From Salpingoeca rosetta (taxonomy: Eukaryota; Protista; Choanoflagellata): a stretch of 64,000 nt of DNA. Below, in pieces: positions 54,827 through 64,000 of the stretch. The stretch is from the NCBI GenBank assembly GCA_033442325.1, contig JAWQFM010000003.1, positions 1,768,148-1,832,147 of the forward strand, given 5' to 3'. The position numbers and the translations under genes are program-made. Below the pieces are notes generated by a model. The model was not told where the DNA came from. It did no database searches and saw only the letters and a program-made list of their open reading frames with translations. Each line of letters begins with the position of its first letter. The first letter of the stretch is position 1.

Positions 54827-57199
54827 ATGGCGGCTTTGAGGAGCGTGGTTGTTCGAACAACAACAGCGGCAGCGTGCGGTGCCCGTGCTGCCACGACGGC
54901 AGTGGTGCCAGCGGTGACAGCGGTTGGAGGCCGGCGCTTCATGTCGGAGCAACACCATCGCCCAGAGCCATCCATGGCAGACCGCCTGGATGCGCTGGGC
55001 ACGCGCCGCATCTTCACGGAGGAACACGACATGATGCGCGAGATGGCCCGCAAGTTCTTCCAGGAACGCATCGCCCCACACCACGACGCGTGGGAGAAGG
55101 AGGGCATGGTTTCCCGGGACGCATGGACCGAAGCTGGAGAGCTTGGCCTCCTCGGAAGTGAGTTCTTTTGTGTTTTGGGGAAGTGGAGGGAACAGCACGT
55201 GTTGTTGGTTGTAGTGGAACGGGACCCACAACACCAAAGTCCGCACACACACACACACCTACACACACATACACACATACACATACACACACATGCACAT
55301 ACACACACATGCATACACACATATACACACACATACACATACACACACCTACACCCACATACACACACCTACACACATATGCATACACACATATGCATAC
55401 ACACACATGCACGCAGCGATGTGGGGAAGCTTAAAGAGTCGTTTTGGTCTCATGTCGCCTGCCCTTGTTATGCTTGCACTTCTCTTGGCTCTTTTCTCAC
55501 ACTTCCTTCGACCCATTCCTCTGCAGTCACCATTCCCGAGGAATACGGTGGACCAGGCGCCGACGTGCAGAGCGCCGCCGTCATGTGGGAGGTGCGTGTG
55601 GTCGTGTTTTGGTCGAGTTGAATGATAGCTCGGTTGGGTTATCCGCTGGGGCCCAAATGCATGTCCATTGTTCCACAAACCTTCCCATTGCTCCACACGC
55701 CTTCACATTTCGCCCAGCGTCACCATCACAATGTCCAAGTAACCTCCTCACCCCTGTGTTCTCGCTGTGTTGTGCTGAACAGGAGCAAGCGTACGCTGGT
55801 CTCTTTGGGCCCGGGTACGCCATCCATTCCGGTGAGCAATCTTGCCTTGCACAGCCGACCGCTGGCCCTGCTGCGGTTTGCTTGCTTCTGTCTGCTTGTT
55901 GCCTGCAATCTGCTGGCGTTTTGCAATGGGCGCGTGCCAATTGGCGCGGCTCCTCAGCACCTTGCTGACACCCTCATCCATCGCTGTTGCTGCATTCGGC
56001 CTGACGCCGCTTGCCTGCGCTCATCGCAATCGCAGACATTGTTCTGCCATACATCCACCACTATGGCACGGAGGAACAGGTTCGTGGGTGCGTGCTGTGG
56101 TGTGCGCAGGGGCTGGCGCTGGTGTGCATTCGCACCGCTTGCACAAATCCTCACAAACCATACGTATGCGCACGTGCGTGTTTTGTTTTGCACGCTGCGC
56201 TGTGTTTGCTCTTGAGTGTAGAAGCAGAAGTACCTTCCTGACGCCTGTGCTGGCAAGTGCATCACTGCCATTGCCATGACTGAACCCGGTGCCGGCAGCG
56301 ACCTTCAGGTAGAGCTGCAGGGGGGAGGGGAAGGACACGCGTGTGAGGTGATGGTGACGTGATCGCTCGCTTAATCACTCGCGTACTCGCTGGCTTCCTG
56401 TTGTTGTGTGTCTCCTTGTGTGCTGCGTCTTCTCGTGGTGCCTCTCTTTCTTTTGTGTAATATATCGTTGCGCTAGCCATCCCCTGGTCGCGTGTTGCTC
56501 TCCTAATGCACGCCTTGCTCCGTTGCTCACGACCACCCCCCCCCCACCTCACCTCACCTCACCGCTGGTCAGGGTGTGTCGACCACCGCTATCAAGGACG
56601 GTGACGAGTGGGTGCTCAACGGCTCCAAGGTCTTCATCAGCAACGGACAGGTCAGTCCCACCCCACACGCGCAACAACGCCTTGGTCCTGGTCGTGTGCA
56701 GTGAGTGCTGCAGCATTGGGTCGACGGCTTTCTGCAACGCTCACGTGTGCGCCGGCACTGCGTGCAACCCACAGCTCTCGGACGCCGTCGTCGTCGTCGC
56801 CAAGACAGACCTGGAGGCCAAGCGCGTACGTGGCAGTGCACATTACCTCACGTGTAACAAACATTCTTCCTGCGAGAAACACCAAAACGTTGTTTGATAC
56901 CTGAAGCATGCAAACACACGAACACATACCTGAAGCATGCAAACACACGCACACATACCTGAAGCATGCAAACACACGCACACATACCTGAAGCATGCAA
57001 ACACACATACACACATACACACATGCGTGCATCCTCGTGCGTTAATTACTGCTGCTTGCCTCGCTAAATCGTGTTTTGCTGGTTGCTCGGTAGGCGGCGC
57101 ACGGCCTCAGTCTCTTCATTGTGGACGCAGGCACTCCCGGCTTCAGCAAGGGCAAGAACCTGCACAAGATGGGGCTCAAGGCACAGGTGGGTTGTGTGT

Positions 57200-57290
<91 letters not shown>

Positions 57291-58089
57291 GTTCAAGTCA
57301 TTCTCTTTTGCCCGCACCACATGCTCTTCACCGCCATGGCCATTTTGTTGCGTGTGCAGGACACGAGCGAGCTGTTCTTCGAGGACTGCCGCGTGCCGGA
57401 GTCTGCGCTGCTCGGCCAACTCAACAAGGGCTTCTACCACCTCATGACGGAGCTGCCACAGGAGCGCCTGCTGCTCGGCGTCATGGCAGGTCCGAGCCCT
57501 CACATGTCGCGTCACGGGATGGAGGGGCGGTGGTGACTTCTTCTTGTTGTTGTTGTTTGTTGTTGTTGTTGGTGGTGGTGGTGGTGGTGGGGATGTTTTG
57601 CTTGCCTCCACTGCTGCCCCTGCTGCTGGTGTGTGCGTGCCGCGTCACTGGCCCGCAGCTCCGCCAGCTTGGCATTGCGCGCCTGCTTTCCTCCATGTGG
57701 CATCAGAACGCGTGGGGCTGCCTCAGCTCACACCATGACATGCGTCGGCGCGCATCCCCACACGCCTTTCCCCCTGCTGCTGTTCTTGTGACAGTTGCCC
57801 ATGCTGAGGCGTGCTATGAGTGGACTCGCGAGTACATCAACGAGCGCAAGGCCTTCTCTGGTGCGACGTCAATGTGTCGGTTCCGTTGTTGTTCAGTGGA
57901 GTCCAAATGTGTTCGGGCAACTGCAATGGGCGCGAGTGTGAAGATGTTGTCACCGACGACTAACGCCCATGCCCCTCTGGTGCAGGCACCCTCGCCAACC
58001 TGCAGACTGTTCGCCACAAGATGGCCGAGCTCAAGACGGACATTGCCGTCTGCCGCGCCTTTGCTGACCAGTGCATCCTCCTCCACAGC

Positions 58090-58124
<35 letters not shown>

Positions 58125-58991
58125 GTGTGTGCATTTGTGTGTGTGTGTGTGTGTGCTTGTGACTGCTGCCCGTAGTGGAGAGGGCTTCCACCCTTATTGT
58201 CATCCACCCTTATTGTCATCCAACCTCACGTTTGTATCACACCGTGTGCGCTCGTCTGCAGGAGGGCCGCCTGAACACCGAGATGGCTTCCATGGTCAAG
58301 TACTGGTGCACAGACCTCGAGTCCAGGGTGCGTGCGTGTGTGTGTGTGGGTGTGTGTGGGTGTGTGTGGGTGTGTGTCTGTGTCTGTGTCTGTGTCTGTG
58401 TGTCTGTGTGTGTTTGCCTGTGTCTTTGTCTCTGTCTTTGTCTCTGTCTTTGTCTCTGTCTCTGTGTCTGTGTCTATGTATGTGTATGTGTTTGCGTGTT
58501 GGTCGCTTGTTTCGCGAAAGTGTCGACTCGTTCGTCAATGACTTTGGGTTGACTACATCCCCACCCCCACCCCCCGACAGGCTTGTGCCATATCAATTGT
58601 CATTTTGTCTGACATGTGTGCGTGCGTCCGTGTTTCTCATCCACTCCTCAGCTCGTTTGTGCTTGCATCTGCTCACCACACGCTGTGTTTGCCTCGCTCT
58701 CCCCCACTTCAGGTTGCTGATGCCTGTGTCCAGCTCCACGGCGGTTACGGCTACATGTGGTACGTCGATTGTAAAGAGATGAGGAACAGATGGCCGTAGC
58801 ATCGTTGCTTGTTGGTTTCAGATAATGTGTTGTTGTACCCACCCACTCACTCGCATGCATGCATGCATGCTCGCGCTGGTCGGCTTTGCAGGGAGTACCC
58901 CGTGTGCCGCGCCTACGTGGACGCACGTGTCCAGCGCATCTACGGCGGCGCCAACGAAATCATGAAGGAGCTCATCTCCCGCAGCGTCTAA
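54827..58991 (+). CDS. ACADL: Mitochondrial long-chain acyl-CoA dehydrogenase
   Basis: Arg/Ala/Thr-rich transit peptide, then [59 protein letters not shown]-type catalytic [18 protein letters not shown] and [21 protein letters not shown]. Confidence 0.93.
56899..57014. repeat. 29-bp minisatellite, 4 copies, in an ACADL intron
   Basis: Unit ACCTGAAGCATGCAAACACACGCACACAT starts at 56899, 56928, 56957 and 56986. Confidence 0.88.
57201..57289. repeat. (GCTT)n tetranucleotide microsatellite in an ACADL intron
   Basis: Direct reading of the sequence. Confidence 0.9.
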
Positions 58992-59328
58992 GCGGCCCAG
59001 CTCCTGCTCCTGCTCCTGCCCCTGTCCCTTGCACGTGCACTGCTGGCGACCTTGCCTCGCTTTGCTTTGTAGAGTGCCACATTAGAACCTTTTGAAGGGT
59101 GGAATCGACCACAACAGCACAAAGGGAAGGGGGAGGGCGTGTGCACTACTCGTGCACGTGAATGCGCCCTCAAGCACACGCACGCGCACACACGCGCACA
59201 CACAGACACACACACGGTGGAGAACTGCTTGGACTCCTGTCGCCTTGAGAGTTGACACATCGAGGACTTTGGTTGCTTGCAGGGAGCACACTGGACAGCC
59301 TGCCACCGGTCGCGACGTTGGTGGTTCG

Positions 59329-59366
<38 letters not shown>

Positions 59367-59613
59367 ATGTATGTGTGTGTGTGTGAAGCAAAGCAACGCA
59401 AAAGACAAGCAACAAGAGAGAAACAAGAGGGAGGGAGATGAGCCAACACAGGCCACCACCTCTTCACCCCAAGTCGAAGCAAGCAAGTCAGCTCAGCAAG
59501 CAAAGAAGAAGAAGAACAAGAAGTACACCGAACCAAGCCAAACTAAGCCAAGAGAGGAGAGGGAAGTGAATGAGAGACAGCATCAACCACAGCTACAGCA
59601 ACCACAGCAACCC

Positions 59614-59631
59614 AAAAAAAAAAAAAAAAAA
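59614..59631 (-). terminator. RNA polymerase III terminator (T18) of the 5S gene
   Basis: A run of 18 A on the + strand lies immediately 3' of the 5S sequence on the - strand. Confidence 0.85.
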
Positions 59632-59633
59632 GA

Positions 59634-59752
59634 GAGCAACATCACCCGTGATTCCCGCCTGGTCACCCACGGCAGTACTGAACGGGCCCAAACGGTCTTA
59701 GCTTCCGCGATCGGACGAGAGCGGGCGTGATCCCGTTGGTATGAACGTTGCC
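59634..59752 (-). rRNA. 5S ribosomal RNA gene (single copy in this window)
   Basis: Reverse complement reads GGCAACGTTCATACCAACGGGATCACGCCCGCTCTCGTCCGATCGCGGAAGCTAAGACCGTTTGGGCCCGTTCAGTACTGCCGTGGGTGACCAGGCGGGAATCACGGGTGATGTTGCTC (~119 nt). It has the conserved CATACC, CTCGTCCGATC, box A GAAGCTAAG, AGTAC and GGGTGACC motifs, and helices I-V can pair. Confidence 0.95.
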
Positions 59753-62700
59753 GGCAGAGAAGACAGACATGCCATTTATCAACGCAGAGCCAGCAAGCAA
59801 ACAAGCAAGAAGAGGAAAACCGCACACACACCAAAAACCAGCAGCAGCAAGCAGAACCGAGCAAACAACCGATGCTGCACTGCTTTCAAACCAACCAACC
59901 CACCAATCCACTTGCCGTTGCTTGCTTCATTCTTCTTCTGCGCAGCAGCTGGTGTGTGTGTGATGGTGATGGTGGTGGGAATGGTGATGGTGATCATGGT
60001 CGTCGTCGTCGCTGCTGACAGGCAGGTGAGGTGATGTGAGGTGAAGTGTGTGTGAGGCGGGGTGAGATGATGTGGGGATGTGTCATTGGTTCGTGCCCAC
60101 ACACACACACGCACACATTGGTGGTTGTGCGTGCCACGTTCCTTCCTTCCTTCCTTCCTTCCTTCCCTTCGTCGTCCTCGCTGACGCACACACACACACG
60201 CACACATGCAGGGAGGGTGTGCACACCGTCTCTCCCCTTCTCCTCCCTTTCTCCCTTTCATCCATCCATCCTTCCATCGTTGTCCATTTCCTTCTCCTGT
60301 GATGAACTACGCACAGGCACAACCAACCAACCAACCAACCAACCAACGGCCACATGAATGACCCATCCATCGACAGGTGAGGGTGAGATTGAGTGCACCC
60401 ACTTCTTCCTCCCACTCCGTGCTCCTCCTCTTCTCCTTCTCCTCCTTGCACACTGCGCACAGCAATAACAACCACCACCATCAACAACAACAACACAGCG
60501 TACGCTGTCATCGTGCACACACACACACACAGGTGGACCACCATCAATCCATCCTCGCATATGGATCACAATTAACACACACCACTGCGTGTGGCACACA
60601 AATGCACTCACACACACTCACACACACACACACTTGTTCACCGTTGTGTGGTGACAGAACAACTGCCATCAGCCGCCATCATGCAGCGGCCCTGAGAATG
60701 GATCATTCAACCTCTTCACCAGTGAGCAGCACACACACGACAGTGGGGGAAATGACATCAACCAACATCACAGCCAATGTATGTGTGTGTGTGTGTGTGT
60801 GCACGGGGTTGCGTTCCTTCTCATCCTCCTCCTCCTTTCTCCTCCTTCTGTCTGTGACATTCTGCTCACTGCTGCCGTTGCTTGCTTGTTTGTGGTGGTG
60901 CGTGCAGATGGATGTATTCCATCATCAGCAGGAGCAGCAGCAGCAGCAGCAGCAGCAGGTGCTGGCTGATGCGTGAGGCAGTGGGCGACCCCCACCAACC
61001 AACAAATGACTACATGCTGACGGATGAATGGTGATCAAACCACTGCATCACCCAGACAGGTGTGTGTGTGTATGTGTTTGTGTGTGTGTGTGTGTCTATG
61101 TGTGTGTTCTCTTCACCCACCCACTCACACGCCATCATCACCACCTCTCATTTTCTTGTGTCGTTGCTCACATCCTTCCATTCCCACTCTCAACACCACT
61201 ATCATCACCACCCTCCACACGTGCTCGTTTCCCCTTCCTTCTTTCTGCTGTCGCCACACATAGGGCCCTTGAGCCAGCAGCTGTCACCCCTTCCCCCTCC
61301 ACCAACCAACTCCGCTCTGGTGGGATGAACAGACGGCGCTGCCATGCGATGACCATCCAGCCACGCCTGTGCGATTGCGGAAGCAGCCACACCAACTCAC
61401 ACCACAACACAAACAAGCAAGCGATGAGCAACGTGAGTGCATCACTGCACGTATGTGTGCATGCTGCGCACCGCACCAGTGTGCTGTGGTTGTGGTCGCT
61501 GTCTCTGCTGTTCCTGTCTCCCCTTGTTGTCCCACACCAACGTGTACATGTGTGTGGTGCGGCTGCCTGCTTTGCTCTGCTTAATGCGCTGTCTCATTCT
61601 TCGTTCTCACACACAACCGCATGCACACCTGCACATTCTCCACCTTGCAGTCGCTGTTTGTCTTCCCCTCTTTCTCGCCCTCCCTGACGGCCATCACAAC
61701 AACAACAACAGCAGCAGCAGCCAACACACCCTCCACCGCCGATGCAGCAGCAGCAGAGAATGCACCACCTCCACCACTTGCAGCTGAACACATCCCTCCG
61801 ACCAACCAACCAGGCAACCAACCAACCCATCGCCCGCTGCTGCTGGCAGAAGCTGGCTGTTTGCTGCTGGGGGAACAGGTGGCGACAGCACAAGTTGCGT
61901 TTTCCGCTGGAAGCGGCAGCAGCAGCAGAGGTGAGGGCGAGAAGAGAGGGAAAGGAGGAGACACGTATGTTGGCTGGGTGGATGGATGGGATGAGGTGGG
62001 GTGGGGGATGCTGGGTGACATGAGTGTGGTGTGGTGTGGCTGGCTGGCTGGCTGATGACAGAGGACGATGGTGTGTGGTGGTGTGAGGAAGAGGGATGGA
62101 TGGATGGATGGGGTGCAGCATGTCTTGTTCCTTACCTTTTGTTTCTGTTGTCTCCCTCTTCCCTTTCTTCTCCTTCACACGCATGCATGCACAGCATTAG
62201 CAGCAGTGGCAGCAGCGGTGTAGCTGCGCACATATCCATGCCCCCTACCTTCCCACTCAATCACTCACCATGCTGGTGCTCGCACACAAACACACTTACA
62301 GGCGATGCGCACAATCAGCAGGATGAGGGAAATGTCGAGGATACTTGCCACGCGTGCCAGGTGCACTCGCCTCACACATGGTATGTGGGTGGTGATGAGT
62401 GGTTGGTTGGTTGTGTGATGGGCTGGCGGTGGTGATGGTGATGTGGTGAAGCGAACACGAGGGAAGGGGGTTGATGGGGGATGATGGTCACACACATACA
62501 CACACGCACGCACACACACACACGTGGTGCGTGTGACGTCAATCACACTTCTTGCTGTGCTGACGTGATGACTTTCTCTGTGCCTGTTGTGTTCTATTCC
62601 CATTCACATTCCCTGCAACCACGCACACACACAGGTGGTGAGGTACCAGCACACATCAGGATGTTGATGGAAGTGGGCTCGCATGCCGACTGCTGCTGCT

Positions 62701-63044
62701 GCAACTTCCCCAATTCGGCTGCCGCTGCTGTGCTCATGCAGTATTCCTACATGTGAGCAAGGTGAGCCCATCATGGATGCTTTGGTTGGCACATGGTGCA
62801 TGTGTTGGTGCTGCTGCTCTGGGTGTGCTTGTTGTTGCTGCTGCTGTATCTCGTGCAGCAGTGTCGCTGTGCAGCTCACATGCCATGTGTGTGTGCATGT
62901 GGCTGCAAGGGGGGCGACTGCCTGAGGATCGTTGGAGGTGGATGGGCGGTGCACACATGATGGATTGGGAGGAGCAGCTGTGGACACACACACACATCCA
63001 TGGTCGTGGTGGGCACATCGAACCACAGCGACGCAGTCATGTGC

Positions 63045-63100
<56 letters not shown>

Positions 63101-63465
63101 TGAGGGCGGCGAGGAGAAGGAAGCAGAGGAGGGAGCAGGAAGGTGAACGCGTCTGCTGTGCTCACATGCCATACCTGTGTGTTGTGTGTGATGATGTCGT
63201 TGTGTCTTTTCGTTGTGTGTGTTGGTTGTATGGGCACCAGGGCCACATCAGAGGAAGGAAAGGAAGCCGCCATGAACGACACATCGACATCAATCCTTCC
63301 CATTTCTCTCTCCTTTCTTTCTCTTCCACCTCAGCTCGGCCGTCACCGTCATAACCATCACCATCATCGACTGCACAGCCGCCATCACACTCCGGCCGAC
63401 ACCAGCCCCAATCTGGCGTGATGCAGACATTGCACATGTCACTCGCTCTGACGAAGAGGTGAGCA

Positions 63466-63518
<53 letters not shown>

Positions 63519-63688
63519 GTGGTGGTGAGTGGGGACAACATGTGTGCGTGTGGTTGTGTGTCAGTGTGGATGGTTGAAATGGGGCTGGCGTGGGGTTGAT
63601 GATGCTTCGCTGTCAACCTCACTCCCTCCATTCTCCCCCTTCTTGTGTCTGTGCACACGCATTTCACAGCGTTGAGGAGGCGCGTGTC

Positions 63689-63769
<81 letters not shown>

Positions 63770-64000
63770 ATCAAGGGGTCTTCCTGGCCCATCGTGCACC
63801 ACGGCGTCTTTCAGCACACTGTGTGTTTGCTGGTGCGCAACACACTGCTGTTTTGCTCAAGGCGCCCCCTCGACACGTGCCTGTGCAAGGTTAGCGCATC
63901 ATCTCACGCACGCAGCTGGGTGTTCAGCAAAGAGGGCGGGCGGGGTCTGTCTTCTAACTATGCGGATCTCCGGCATCCTTCTGCCTTCATCCAGACCGCA

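Noticed and set aside
63895-64000. Possible transposase C-terminus (AVWMKAEG..*) on the - strand at the window edge
   Set aside because: Only ~13 codons are visible and no terminal inverted repeat or target-site duplication can be shown.

Overview
Gene-dense, intron-rich eukaryotic genomic DNA whose introns are filled with (GT)n/(CA)n microsatellites. This style and the animal-like gene set suggest a choanoflagellate, probably Salpingoeca rosetta (inference). Most ORFs in the supplied track are microsatellite artefacts. Splicing by hand gives 12 protein-coding genes: the 3' end of a rabenosyn-5-like gene (+), TRAF7 (-), an SNX9-family SH3-BAR protein that appears to lack its PX domain (+), PLRG1 (-), a divergent IRS/Dok-type PTB adaptor (-), NAD kinase (+), ATAD5/ELG1 (-), NOC2 (-), PMS2 (-), GTPBP3/MnmE (-), a PHF10/SAYP-like chromatin protein with an extra PHD finger (+), a TBC1D15/17 Rab-GAP (-) and, as a thirteenth, ACADL (+). 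There is also a solitary 5S rRNA gene (-), three assembly gaps and a ~4 kb tail with no recognisable CDS. I found no CRISPR array, transposon or prokaryote-style system. The best leads are the unusual domain architectures, candidate E2F and Myc promoter elements in very short intergenic spacers (including an identical 13-mer in two promoters), a (GT)105 tract abutting the PMS2 start codon, and splice acceptors that have microsatellites in place of a polypyrimidine tract. All homology calls come from recalled family motifs, not from database searches.
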